This document shows, in pieces, positions 45,066 through 58,370 of a stretch of 64,000 bases of DNA (its first letter is position 1; each line of letters begins with the position of its first letter). The notes beneath the pieces were generated by a model. It was not told where the DNA came from. It saw only the letters and a program-made list of their open reading frames with translations, and ran no database searches. Origin of the DNA: Heteronotia binoei (lineage: Eukaryota). Where the stretch lies: positions 23,870,001 to 23,934,000 of the forward strand of contig NC_083238.1 in NCBI RefSeq assembly GCF_032191835.1, read 5' to 3'. A program made the translations under genes and the position numbers.

Positions 45066-46272
45066 CTAAAAAGTACCCTACTATCCCGATTCTGCTTCAG
45101 CTTTTAATAAATATGGTCTGATCCATGGGTTTCCAAGTTATATCGTTTCAGCGCCGATTGAATAAGGCAGTTTTGCGGTGGTTTAACCTGGCAGTTTGAG
45201 CAGGAGGAGCCAACATTGACGTCTGCAGCCTTAACGAAAAGCCTGAGGAACTGTAACAAATCTTATAGGGCCCTTATCTCTATTGGGAGCTTATTCCACC
45301 CAACTGGGACCAGGCTCAAAAAAGCTTTGGCCCTAGTCGAGGCTTAGTTGGCCGTCTTTTGATCTGGCAATTAACAGTAGATGTATATCGGCCAAATGTG
45401 AGGCTCTTTGGGTCTGCATAAGGACTACACAAAGGCGTTTCTTTTTGGAGTTGCCAAGCAATCAGCGGTGGCAATCAGCGTGTCTAACTTTCCTTCCTGT
45501 GAGGCACCAATTCATAAATTGCTAGCTCCACACCATCCTTTGCTGAATCACAAGTCCGCTGCTGGCATCCCTATGTTCTCTGCAAAGCAACTGCATGAAG
45601 GTCACTGAACATCTGAACACTAATGAGTATTAAAAAAAAAAACCTCTCACAGGGAACCAACAGTTATATGAGTAGGTCATCATCATACCCACATTTGTAG
45701 AATTTGGCACTGAAACCTGTTTTGAACTGGGTCATTTCCAATTCTTTGAAATTTACTGAAAAAATTACTTCTTTCCAGCCATATAAACACAGTCAACGTT
45801 TCGGAATTAAATAGTGTCTGTTTATCTTCCAGTTCATCTGAAAGGCTAGGTCTATTTTTTCAGGGAACCTCATTTGTCAGGTTGTCCATGTTATTAATCT
45901 TTTCAGCTCCTTAACTGTTGAAGACATTTGTTTCTAGCTTGTGTAGTTAAACTAAACTTCTCCTACCGGGAAGATCTTGTCAAAGTTATTTGGGCATCCA
46001 TTTCTGGTAAAACATGGGGTGCTTTCACACAGTGAGTGTTTGCAAGTGGATTTTGCCATTCTTACACAGTAAAAGTCCAGGTGCAAAACACATTATTTAG
46101 TGTGTATGAATACACCCATGGTTGGATCCTGCAGAAGACACTGATGGTCATAGACAGGTTTCATTTTGGGCAGGAGCTTACAGGAGTGGAGCTCCAGAAT
46201 CTCTAAATTGTATTGTGCTTTTTCTTTCTTACCCCACCCCTATTCCAAATACTTGCTTCTGGGCTCCATTGT

Positions 46273-46482
46273 GGAGGGATGGTGGCTCAGTGGTAGAGCA
46301 TCTGCCTGGGAAGCAGAAGGTCCCAAGTTCAATCCCTGGCATCTCCAAAAAGGGTCCAGGCAAGTAGGCGTGAAAAACCTCAGCTTGAGACCCTGGAGAG
46401 CCGCTGCCAGTCTGAGAAGACAATACTGACTTTGATGGACCAAGGGTCTGATTCAGTATAAGACAGCTTCATATGTTCATAT
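46273..46482 (+). mobile_element. tRNA-headed SINE monomer, young subfamily
   Basis: Full head to tail; carries AGGCGTGAAA. Confidence 0.92.
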
Positions 46483-48449
46483 ATATATGTCCATTCAAGC
46501 CCTCTGTGATAATTTGCTGAATTCTAAGACTTTACAAACTTTCTAATTTTTTCCCCTCACCAAAAAAAAATGGGAAAATAACTAAAACATGTAAAGCAGA
46601 CGGATGGAAATTTTCATCATGCCACTGTGGCCACATAGGAGAAAGTAATTTAAAAAGTACGATGGCAGTAAGGTTTGATTAAGACAATTATAATTCACGA
46701 AGCATTTCAAGGTAGATGCTGAGCTGATATAATTTAGTATACCTTCTGGTGATGTCAGGGGTGTGTGGTATATGCAAACGAGTTGTGCCAATGAGCTCCA
46801 GCACCTCTTTTTTACAGAATGACCCCTGGTTGCAGGCCTTCTCCACTTTGCCTTCTCTGCAGGTGTCCTTTCTGATTCCAGGAAAGTTGATTCCCTGAGT
46901 TGCCGAACCCATAAGGGCAAATAGCCATGTGGATCAGGAGATTACAGTGGGGATGAGAAAGGTGATAAAAGCAGCACAGAGAAAGCAGAAAAAAGAAAAA
47001 GGGACCGATTTTCTCCTCCACCAATTGCAGTTCACTCACCAGCTAACCGTTAGTCTATGTGTGTCCCACAAACCCAAAAATACATTTTTCCAGAGTTGTG
47101 GCGGGGAAGGAAGGGAAAGCAAAGATCCACATTACTTGAGTCATCCTTGCTTGATCCTTGTGCTGAATCCAATCCAAAACCTTTAGGATAGTGAAACTAA
47201 AATATATTGGAACCAAAGTATTTTTCCCAATTGAAGCAGTCTTCAAGTCTATCATCTAGATTGGCACATCCACAAAACAATTGCCCTTTTATCACACCCC
47301 CTCCAGCCTACAAATAGCAGCTCTCCAGCAGCCCTGGCCCCACTCAATGCACAGCAGCCAAGAAGGTCTGAGCGCCTGCTCCGGCTGCAACGCCACTGAG
47401 GATGTTCTCCGCAGCTGAGAACGAAATGTCTGGAAGGAAAACTTTCTCCAGTAGAACACGGCACTTGATCCCGAAAGATTCTACAAACCCTAATGATGTT
47501 ACCAGCCGTGAAAACCTGAATTCTTTGATATCATCTAGATTGTCTTAATGCCACGACAAGGAGGAGCTATACCTAGACTTATTCAGTGCATGTGAGCCAC
47601 TTGTGGGAAGGGCGGGATATAAATCTCGAATAAATCAATAAAAATAAATAAATAAAAACTGAAGATGGTGGGTGCAATCTTCTGCTCACAAAGCCCATCT
47701 TAAGGTCTTTTTTCTATTCATGGAATAAAATTTCAAGTATTGCAATTATTTTATCACATTTCATTCTTGTACGATTCAGTGTCCTAAGCAACAGAGGTGA
47801 GCTGTTTCATAATTACACCAGAAACTGCTTGTCCTTTAGGAGCTGTCCCTGCTATTCATTCGAAGATGCTACCCAGCCCAAATAAAATGGTTAATTTTAA
47901 AACAATTTTTCAGTTCCCCTGCAAATCTAAAAACAAGACTAAAGAGATAAATAGAAATAATTGGTAAAGACATATGTTTTAATATAAATTCTGAAGATCA
48001 ACTGAATGTATCTTATTCTGCTAAAATGCTATCATTCTATAACTGTTATTCCATACTTGTTCTTACATCATTTAAACACAAGTTGCTAACTTCAATTATG
48101 GAACAGCTGTGCAGAGGAAGTCTGATTCCAAGGTGGAACTGGTTTTCTGGTGCTTGTAAAATAAACTATGCACTGCTATCAGAAGCATCCCTTGCCCAAA
48201 TTCATAATAATTCATTAGAAATACCTGGTATAGTCTAGTGGTTAAAGTGTCAGACTGTAATCTGGGAGGCCCACATTCAAGTGCACTTTACTTGGGGCTG
48301 CCCTTGCAGACTGTCCGGAAGCCAAAGCTGGTATAGATGCTCTGGCCAGAGTGTTGACTGGAATAGATTGTAGGGACCATATCACGCCAATCTTGTTTTA
48401 TCTACAGTAGCTCCCAGTTTGCTTCTGGGCTCAATTCATTGGCTTTTAA

Positions 48450-48830
48450 ATGAAGAAGAACACTGCAGATTTATACCCCGCCCTTCTCCCTGAATCAGAG
48501 ACTCAGAGCAGCTTACAATCTCCTATATCTTCTCCCCCCACAACAGACACCCTGTGAGGTAGCTGGAGCTGAGAGAGCTTTTACATTCATTCATTCATTC
48601 ATTCATTCATTCATTCATTCATTCATTCATTCATTCATTCAGACCATTATAGGCATAAAGAGAGAGCTTTTTCAGCAGCTGCCCTTTCAAGGACAACTCC
48701 TGTGAAAGCTATAGCTGACCCAAGGCCATTCCAGCAAGTGCAAGCGGAGGAGTGGAGAACCAAACCCAGTTCTCCCAGATAAGAGTCTGCGCACTTAACC
48801 ACTACACACTTAACCACTACACCAAATGCC
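48450..48830 (-). mobile_element. MIR-like SINE interrupted by a (TTCA)n microsatellite (~48585-48640)
   Basis: Consensus resumes at GAGAGAGCTTTTTCAGCAGCTGCCC after the repeat. Confidence 0.82.
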
Positions 48831-49905
48831 TGTATAGCTTGAAGCCAACATACCCTAAAGACTGCCTTCTCCTGTATGAACCTGTCATCTCTGGTCATTT
48901 CTGGAGGCCCTGCTTTGGATGCCCTACTGCCCTCGCATTCTAGGCTAGATGAGCAGCAACTGGAGAAAGGGCTTTCTTGGTCACAGTGCCAAAAATTTGG
49001 AATTCCCTCCTCAAGGCAATTTGTCTGTCCTCCTGTATCAGTGTCTCTTGCCAGAAGGTGAAGACTCTTTTTGTTTGTTTGTTTCATTTGGCATACCCCT
49101 CCCCCCCAAATAACTGTTCTTGGCTCTCGTCCCTGTTTTGGGGGTCGCACGTTGATGCATTTTTACAGAATTATTTTTAATTTTAAACACTGATTTTTAA
49201 GTGTTCAAACGTTTTAATATTTTAATGTTTGTCACCTTGGGCACTCTGCTTAGATGGGAAAGTGCCATTAAAATGTTTTAAATTAATTAATCCCCATATT
49301 TAGTTTGCTGGGTGATCTTTGGCTAGTCTGGGGTGGTTGTGAAGATAAAATGGAGGGGAGGAGAATGTACATAAACAGGGCCACAAACTTCTGCTAACTG
49401 AAACAAATATGGAAGGGAATATAATGATTATTCTCATGATTGCATAACAGTGGCTGCATACATGGGAATCTTTATGTGACCATTGTCTGTTTGAACATAT
49501 TTCTTTTGAGAACAAGATGTAAATTGACTAGTCAGTGGGTGTACAACAAAAATAGATGTTGACACAAAATGAAACCTTCGCAGCAAACAATTCATTATTT
49601 TGAACTGCGAAATGTTTTCGATGTTAGTGGAAAAATTGTTTATTGGATAAGGTGGGATTCAGATTAAATGCCCCCATAGCTTGCTAGAAATATGGCCATA
49701 CACTCTACCAAGAGCTATAGTAGCCTCACAGAAAAGCAGTTTGTAATCATAGATATGATGTTAATTAACCTAGTCGTTATGTTAATTGCTCTTTCATTCT
49801 GCCCTTTATAAATTCATCTTCATTCAGATTAGTATATCGGCCACTGCATGGTATCTTTTCTATCTTTTAAAATCAACACTGTCCTACCTGGAGTCCAATG
49901 ATCTG

Positions 49906-50031
49906 GATCAATTTAATTTCATCAAATATTTGCATAGATTCAACAACGATGTCTGGTGGAATGAATAGAAAATTGTTCCACCACACATGGTTCTTGAGTT
50001 TGTACAAATATTTGACGAAATTAAATTGATC
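49906..50031. other. AT-rich imperfect inverted repeat (~58-bp arms, ~9-nt loop)
   Basis: GATCAATTTAATTTCATCAAATATTTG...CAAATATTTGACGAAATTAAATTGATC. Confidence 0.9.
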
Positions 50032-50173
50032 GAATATAGAACTCTTATTTGTGTTCTGCCCTTTTGACTTCATTTATAAGTACATTTGTTAGGCGGTAGG
50101 TCCTATGGGACAATATTGGAGATACTCTTGAGAAAACTTGCTTAGGGACATGCCTTTTCTCTTGTAGGGTTAA

Positions 50174-51570
50174 TAGGGATGGAGACAAACCCGGAAAATG
50201 TGTTTCAATTCATGGTGTATGAAGTTCATGAACCATGGACCATCATGAACTTTTTGACACTAGACAAACCCGTTCAGTTCGTGAAGTTTGTTACACAGTA
50301 GAATAGACCCTCTGGTGTGCTATAGACACCAGATTCACTGGGGATCTCTGGATGATTCTTCTCAAGCTGTTCTCCAAGTTTGGTGATGATTTGATTTACA
50401 GGGTCTGAATTATCCCAACACCCCCCCTGCAAAAAAAAGTTGGAGCCCCAGGAAAGTGCTTCCTTGGAAAATGACAGGCACAGGTTAAGGAGGTTCAGGA
50501 TTGCATAGAATGGATCCTGTGCAAGCTATAGACACCACACTCACAGTAGTTTGGTGGGGATTAGATTCTCTAGTTTGACTGTAGTCCTTTGGAAACAATG
50601 GATGATGGGGCACCTTCTTTGGAGAGCCATAACTCTCAGACTTCGTAAACGGCTTTCCAAAGAAGGTGCTCCATCCTTCATTGTTTCCAAAGGACTGCAG
50701 TCAAACTAGAGAATCTCTCAATAGAAACAGAAGGGGGGGCATTTTTGCAAGCCCAGCAGAACCAGTGCCACTGTAGCACTGCAAACCCAACAAGACTAAG
50801 GTCAAGCCAGGAAAGTGCTTTTGGGGGAAATGTCAGGCACAGGTTCAAATGTGTACAGAACGAACCCCCTGAAAACTACACATACCAAATGCACAGGGAA
50901 CCTTGGCCTGCCACCTGCTCCTCTACAATCTCTCCAAGTTGGAAACAGATTACATTTCTGGGATCCCAGTTATGGAATCCCGCCACCCCCCCTAAAAAGT
51001 CCCCAGTGATGGCTCAGGGACAAGCCAATGACACCAAACTCACAGGGAAATTTTACCTAGGCAGCCCCTCATCAAGCCAGACACTGGAAGTAAGGCAAGC
51101 ATTCTCCATGCTCTCAGCTCCCCACAAGTCTCCAAAAGCAGCTTCTGAGGGACATAATAGCAGACAGCCCCAGAGTTGTGACAGAGTTACCCCACAACAA
51201 CTTTGCCAGTGCCCCAGCCCCACCCGACCAGGGGAAACCAGAGTTTTTCACTTACAGTGTTTAGTGATGACAGAAAGAGAAACATCTGGCAGGGGCTCCC
51301 CAAAATAACCTCATGATAGGTTGGCAGACAGGGCACCCCAGCCCCACCAGACTAATTTTTTTTTCATTTAAGGTGCTCACAAGGTAGGTGCTATGTTATG
51401 AGGCAGATGCTGTTTCATGAGGTAGGTGATGGATGAGGGAGCCCACCTCCACCCAGCAGAGGCACCCATCCTGTCCCCCAAATGCCAAGGGTGCAACACG
51501 AATCATGAAATGGATTTGAACCATGAAAGTTGGGACTACGGTACAAGTTAAGGTTCCTTTTTGGTTTTGC
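50174..51570. mobile_element. Probable old non-autonomous hAT-like element
   Basis: Starts TAGGGATG with repeated GAACC/GTTC motifs near both ends and internal duplications (50560-50700 inverted; AGGAAAGTGCT twice). Right terminus unresolved. Confidence 0.4.
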
Positions 51571-51926
51571 CAAACAGACTATCATGGCTGTCTGAATTCT
51601 CAGGGAGGTTTAACTCTTGACACCTTACACCCTGAAACTCTTGTTGGTTTCTAACATGCTACTGGACTTGAATCTAACCCTCTAGAATCTGTCTTTTTTT
51701 AGTTACCTAGTGTGCAAAGATCTCACTAGGACTTAGCCTAAACCTTTGTTTTCAGCACATTCTGAGTTCTGGAAGAAAAACACTTTTAGGCATGCACAGA
51801 ATGCCTTTCTAGCAACATTTTTAAAAATGCTGCGATCTCCTTTATTCCCACACACTTCAGTAATACTTAGCATACTTAAAAAGCATACTTAAAAGCAGTG
51901 GTTCCGCTGAGTAATATTTGTAAAAC

Positions 51927-52228
51927 TGGAGGTGGTGGCAGCTACATACATAGATGGCTTCAAGAGGGGACTGGAAAAACATATAGAGCAGAGGTCCATC
52001 AGTGGCTATTAGCCACAAGGTATGGATAGAACTCTCTGTCTGGGGTAGTGATGCTCTGTATTCTTGGTGCTTGGGGGGGAGCAACAGTGGGAGGGCTTCT
52101 AGTGTCCTGTCCCCACTGAAGGACCTCCTGATGGCACCTGGTTTTCTTGGTCACTGTGTGATACAGAGTGTTGGACTGGATGTGCCATTGGCCTGATCCA
52201 ACATGGCTTCTCTTATATTGTTATGTTT
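51927..52228 (+). mobile_element. CR1 3' end (same family as 14626)
   Basis: GGTCCATCAGTGGCTATTAGCCACAAGG...GGCCTGATCCAACATGGCTTCTCTTAT. Confidence 0.88.
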
Positions 52229-52519
52229 CCACATCCATGCATTTGTCTAATCCCTTTTAAAAGTCTTCTAAACCAGTGGATGTTTCCTCATAGTAGTTTA
52301 TTCAATAAATTAATTATGCAGCATGTGATATAGACTGAAACCAATGGATTCAGCTATGAGATCCACTATTCCACATTTATAACCTCTATAACAGAGATTG
52401 ATACAGATCGCAATGCATGCAAAGGGTGTGTGGGGGAATCACTCCTTCCCTACTTTGATAGATTCTTGGGAAATATTAACTCGGCACAGAGATTTTCTGT
52501 TTTGCTAATAAATATGTAG

Positions 52520-53050
52520 GTAACAATGTGGAAATAATGCAAATTTTCTTCACAGTTGGTGGAATTGTCACTATATAGTTCAATTGTGGAATCAAGTTGC
52601 ATTTCAAATATCACAGGTAACAGGCTACACAATTCCAATCTTGCCAGAGAATTTCTTGTTAGATAAGTGGCTAGACTTAGACATGAGTAAGAGAACAAAA
52701 GAGCTGATATCCAACTTAATATCTACTGCTAGATTAACTATTGCTTTAAAATGGCTTGACAAATCCTCACCCACTATAAGCATTTGGCAAACAAAACTAT
52801 GGGAACACTTTATTTTGAGTAAAATTTCTTATCAAACATCAAAAGCTTCATTAGAATATTACGAATCAAAATTTGTAGCAATATGGTTCCCGGTTTTAAG
52901 TTATATGACTATAAGTAATATAATACCAAAAAACCCATTGTATAAAAACATGATTTACTTTTAGATAACTATATGTAACTTTTGTGCTTTATAACTGAAT
53001 GTTGTTATATAGTAACTTTATTATATTACCTATGCCTGAAACAGAACAAT
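52520..53050 (+). mobile_element. L1/Tx1-clade ORF2 C-terminal remnant
   Basis: Degenerate CCHC knuckle CR*QCGNNANFLHSWWNC followed in frame by LWNQV...ARLTIALKWLDKSSPTISIWQTKLW. Confidence 0.75.
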
Positions 53051-54320
53051 AACAATGTAACGTATCATAGTTTTTTAATTTAGTTATTACTTGCAATTGT
53101 AACTGTAACTGGACTTTAAATTGCAATACAATTTTAAATTTAAAAAAAATGTTTTAACATGGTAGAAACGAGAAGGGATGAGGCTCGAAGGGGGGGCGGG
53201 GGCACAGAGAAGCAAGGGAGAGGGAAATGAAGGCATACCAGGTTCGTTGATGAGCTTAGAAACAACTCCTGACAGGAAAATGTTTCCCTCAGCTTCGTAG
53301 CTTAAACAGCTTGCAGTGATGTAGAGCTTTCTAAAACAAAAATTGCTTGTAAAAAAGAAAAGAAAAAGAAAAGGCAGCAAACAGCAATGGGATTTGGGAA
53401 GTCAGAGCTGCTTTCTGTTTGCTCTGCTCTACCCCGGTGCACTCCTAGTGGCTGCAATGCAGAATTACACTCAAAGCAAAACAACCCCGCCACCCCACCC
53501 CCAAAATGTATTCATAATTCTAGCTTCACTGGGCCCTCAAGATGACTTGGCCCTTGGGAATTTTGCATCCTCTGTTGTCCCCCAGCTGCGCTGGCCACAA
53601 GAACTGCAGTAATCAGGCAAACAGTGTGATCATGGGGGGGGGGGAGGGGGGGCAGAAGCTACGTCACATTACCCCTGTGTGAAGAGGATACCAGTGCCGT
53701 CATGGACCCACTGACTGCTCCAGTTGATAGCGCCATAAGGCTACACCCCACCAACTGTACCACAGGGGCAAATGAGGAGGAGAGGGAGGTTAGCAATGGT
53801 GCTACCACCCCCAGTGTAGCAGCTAGAGGAGCAGAGGAAGATGGAGGTGAGGTGGCCATGGCCACAGAGCATAGATATTAGCTCACATGGCATGAGTGAA
53901 ATCCAGTGGCTGATGCGATGCTCTCTGTCCCGCCAGGCTCCTTTGCCCTGATTTTGCTCCACAAGTGGCACACTCTAGAGCGGACCTGCTTGGAATTGCT
54001 CCCAGTGCACCAGGTGGTGATGCCCCCCCAATCCCCTCTTACTTTTTTTTGCTGCTGCCTCTGCTCTGGTGGTGAACTGTGCCGTAAATGGATGTGAGTG
54101 TGCCACAGGCATGACACAGTAGTGCTTAGCCCCCCTCTATCTGCCATTCAGCTTGCATATCCATGGGGTTGGCTCCCTGTGGCTGCCACTCTGTGATTAG
54201 TTGGTTCCCCCCCCCGTCTGTCCCAGTTACCATGTAGCACTCTTGTGACCTCTTGTGGGCATGACGGTTTGGTTGCTAGGGATGCCAGCATAGTCGTGGC
54301 CCATCTGTCCCACCACTGGG

Positions 54321-54513
54321 CAATACTCCCTCTAAGCTGTGGAGTCTGGTGAGCAAAAATTCTACTTTGTGAGCTACTGGCACTAAAGTTGTGACCTACT
54401 GTATAAAAAAGTTTGCTCGGGGCCATTTGTCCTGAGCTAAGACAAAAACGTATGAGCTGGAGGTTAAAAAACTGTGAGCTAGCTCACACTCACTCAGCTT
54501 AGAGAGAATATTG
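54321..54513. mobile_element. hAT MITE (CAATGTTCCCTCTAA family)
   Basis: Body matches 41322-41515; TSD CCACTGGG/CTGCTGGG. Confidence 0.85.
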
Positions 54514-54659
54514 CTGCTGGGTCATTTGCCTGGTCCCCAGCCTGTGTGGATTCCCTTTAGGGAATGGCTCTGGCTGCCAGCCACCTCTGTTCTCTTGGGG
54601 TTGCACTGAAAACTTATCCTATCTCTTTCTTTCACTAGCAGAAGTGTTGAAGTAAGTCT

Positions 54660-54720
54660 GTCCGTCCATCCATCCATCCATCCATCCGTCCGTCCGTCCG
54701 TCCATCCATCGATCCATCCC
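54660..54720. repeat. (TCCA)n/(TCCG)n microsatellite
   Basis: Directly visible. Confidence 0.9.
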
Positions 54721-54821
54721 ACTGCTCTCCCAACATGACTTAATTAAATTAACCTTTATTATTGAGTTATTATTTTATTCACTAGATAGGCAAATTTATT
54801 TATTTGTTTCTTTGTCTATTT

Positions 54822-55020
54822 GCCATCAAGTTGCAACTGACCTATGGCAGCACTGTAAGATTGTCAAGGCAAGAGATGTTCAGAGGCTATTGCCTGCCTC
54901 TGTGTTGTGACCCTGGACTTCCTTTGGCAGTCTCCCATCCAAATACGGACCAAGACTGACCCTGCCTTGATTCAGAGATCGGATGAGACTGAGCTAGCCT
55001 GGGCTATCCAAGTCAGGGTA
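54822..55020 (-). mobile_element. 5S-headed SINE
   Basis: Tail TCAAGTTGCAACTGACCTATGGC to head GAGCTAGCCTGGGCTATCCAAGTCAGG. Confidence 0.8.
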
Positions 55021-55642
55021 GTTAGGCAAGTAGACTTCCCAATTTGGCTTTATCATCTAATTCTCTAAAGAGTCAGAGTTTGGATGGATGTAACTTTGTT
55101 TGCCCGCAGACCTGAAGTGACTGCCTTGTGGTGCTCTGAGGCAATGTGCCCTGTAAGCTCTCATCTCTGAGCCCTTTGCAATGTAGGACAACAATAAATT
55201 AATACCAGTAAGCAAGACGGTATGATGCATTTTTATTTAGTTTATTTAGAGTCTTCACCTTCAGTCTCAGTCAGAAAGGGAGAACAGAGAGCTGGATTTA
55301 GACTGACATAGAGCATAACCTGCTTTCAGCTTTAGTGATCTTGTGTGCAGGAAACATGACACAAGAAGCTTCAATGATGTGATCTCTGGAGTCACTTTAT
55401 AAGATATTGGGTCCTTCTACAAGTGGGAACAGCAAGGACTTGTGGGAGCATCTCATCCCCCCTGCCCCATTAGTTCCTCTTTCCCTTCCCTGAAGGCCCC
55501 ACAGCCTTTCCCCTCTCCTTCCCACCCAACAGCCAACCTACATTTATCTGCCTCTTTATTGTCAGCTTCCCCCCTCCCCCAGTAGCCACTACCTAGGAAA
55601 ACCATGGCACCGTTGTGTGGTGCCAACTGCTGGGCCAGCCCC

Positions 55643-57258
55643 ATTTATTTATTTATTTATTTTATTCTTCGCGTTTATATCCCGCCCTCCCCGCCAAAGC
55701 AGGCACAGGGCGGCTAACAACAATCAAACATCAAACAATAAAACAGTAAGCAAACAATTAAAATTAACAATCATTACCAGTTAAACAATTTAAAACAGTT
55801 TAAAATAATTTAAAACAATTTTTGGTGCTAGTGTTGGTACCAGGAATCCCCAGGCCAGTCATTCCCCCCCACTGGTCTCCATTGTCACCTCAGACCAGTA
55901 TATAGAATGCTCTGCTACAACCCTGTATTCCAGTTCTAGTTTCTACCGTCCCTGCCCTTGCTAACTAAAAACCCTCCCCAATCAATCTATCAGCCCCTAC
56001 CAATTAACCTCCCCTAAATGGTTAATTAATTCTAAAACCCCTCTTAATTTCAATCTCATTAATTAATTAGCTAATAATCAATTTAACCCTAATAGCCAAT
56101 TAAATTCTAGACCCCCACACCCACTAATTTATACTCCCCAACGTAATCAGCCAATAACTATCAGATTTCTCAATAGCTAATTAATTCAATAGCAACCCTG
56201 ACCCAAATTAATTCCCCCCCAAGTTACTCTCCCCAATTAATCAATCACTAATACAATAGGTTCAATTATATTTAGCAGCTAAAACATAATTCAAAACTCA
56301 TCGTTAGCAATAAAGACAGTTAAGTTAGGTGGGCATTCACTAAAGTACAACTGAAGTGAAGTGTTAGGAATGAAAGTGCTAATAATTAAAGTGCTTGATG
56401 ATAACTAAAGATAGTATTAAAGTGCGGTCTATGTGCAGGCACCCCTTCTATCCTGGGGCCAAGTTCAGTCCCCACCAATCAGCTGCCCAGCAGGCACAGA
56501 GATCCTCCCCATGCCCCCCAAACGCCGAAGTTCTCCAAGCGGGAGCCAGACACAGTACCACCAAGCCGAGCGCGGCCCAAGCAGTCACCCCGCTGGGACC
56601 ACAGCCGAATCAGCAACACTGGTACTGCCAACAATGGCAGCGGCCAGAGGATGGCCCGAATGCTGCCAGATGCAATCCTCGCCCAGGAACAGCACAGCCG
56701 CCGATCCAGGGAGCCGCCAGCAGCCAGGTAGCGTTGGTCCGACACGTAGGCAAAACTGCCACTGCGTAGGACTCATGTCAGAACCTCCCGGGGTGGTGGG
56801 GGCAAGATTTCTTCAACCGGGCGAGGGTCGGCTGAGGGGATTAGCAGTTTTCCTCATTGGCTGGGGGGGGGGGGGGTTGACAGCTGTTCCCATCCGCGTG
56901 AGTGCTCCACCACAACGGCCAACACTGCCAGCTCCACTCCTCGTTGCTCTGCCCCTCCCTATTGCGTCTGCCCAGCTCGAATTGCCATCACTTCCCCTGC
57001 TGCCCGGGTAGCCACTCACTCCACCCCGAGGTCCACCACAGCGCCACTTGCCAGCTCGGCAAGGCCACAAGCGTCTCCTTTTGCAGATTTTATCAGCGAT
57101 AGAAGTCCATACAGAGTCCCAATTTCCTTCCTGCAGTCGACCACAACAGTGCATTATTCAATCCACCTTCCACCTTCCAAAATACAGGGCGTGGCGGGTA
57201 GTAGGAATTTTACCAACAGGAGCCCTAGCACCGAAGCTCAGCGCATGCTGCCATCTTA
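55643..57258 (-). mobile_element. L2-type 3' tail joined to a putative LINE 5' region with no RT between them
   Basis: (TTTA)n and TTTATATCCCGCCCTCCCCGCC as in the L2 at 27890; then a TAATTA-rich block and a CpG-rich block starting AAGATGGCAGC on the minus strand. The 5' assignment is inferred. Confidence 0.45.
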
Positions 57259-57523
57259 GATAGATCTGCATGGTAAAGAACCATCAAGGATTTTCAGGAG
57301 GGCACATTACTTTCTCTTGTATTCCACCTCCCCACATTATTTCCCTTTTCTGTCCTTTGGCAACTCTCCATAGTCTCTCCCTTTTCCCAATCTCATTTTC
57401 TCCTTCACCAGTCTACTTTTCATCTGCCTCCCCTCGTCATCTATATTTATTATTAATTTACTTCATTTATATCCTGCCTTCCTCCACAGTGGGAACCAAA
57501 GCAGCTTACATCATTCTCTTCTC

Positions 57524-57641
57524 CAGGGCTTTTTTGGTAGAAAAAGCCCAGCAGGAACTCATTTGCATATTAGGCCCCACCCCCTGACACCAAGCCAGCC
57601 ACAACTGAGTTCTTGTGTGTTCCTGATCAAAAAAAGCCCTG
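57524..57641. mobile_element. hAT MITE inserted in a MIR-like SINE (~57450-57690)
   Basis: CAGGGCTTTTT...AAAAAGCCCTG; perfect 8-bp TSD CTCTTCTC. Confidence 0.92.
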
Positions 57642-57814
57642 CTCTTCTCCATTTTTGTCCTCACAATAACCCGATGAAGTAGGTTAGGTTGAGGCTGTGG
57701 CATTACAGGTTGAGGCATTACAGGCTTGGCATGATCTGGCCGCACCTCTAATTACAGTTTTACTTTGTAATGGGAAGTTTTGATCAGACATCCCACCCTG
57801 AACTGGCTTCACTG

Positions 57815-58370
57815 CACCCTCATTGGAATACTATGTACAGTTTTGGTCACCGTACCTCAAAAAGATTGGAAAAAGTGTGAAAAAGGGCAACTAAAATGAT
57901 TAAGGGAATGGAAGATGAAGAAAGATTAAAGAGCTTAGGGCTTGTTAACTTTGAGAAATGATGAATGAGGGATGACATGATAGCAATTTACAAAACTATG
58001 CATGGGATACAGAAGGTAGAGAAAGAGGTACTTTTCTCCCTTTCTCACAATACAAGAACTCATGGGCACTCAATGAAATTAACAAGCAGTAGGCTTAAAA
58101 CAATAAAAAGGAAGTACTTTTTACTTAAAAAGTAATTAACATGTGGGATTCACTGCTGCAGGAAGTGGTGACAGCTACAAGCATAGACAGTTTCCAGAGG
58201 GGACTGGATAAGCATATGGAGCAGAAGTCCATCAGTAGTTATTAGCCACAAGGTATAGATGGAAGATTAGGTCTGGGGCAGTGATGCACTATATTCTTGG
58301 TGCTTGGTGGGGCAACAGTGGAAGGGCTTCTGGAGTTCTGGTCCCACTGATGGATCTCCTGATGGCATCT
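57815..58370 (+). mobile_element. CR1 3' fragment, decayed
   Basis: TTGGAATACTATGTACAGTTTTGGTCACC (LEYYVQFWSP) and 3' UTR matching the 51927 copy. Confidence 0.85.

Noticed and set aside
56395-57154. Overlapping 113-192-aa ORFs as a host gene
   Set aside because: GC-rich repeat-like segment, no splice structure and no recognisable host domain.
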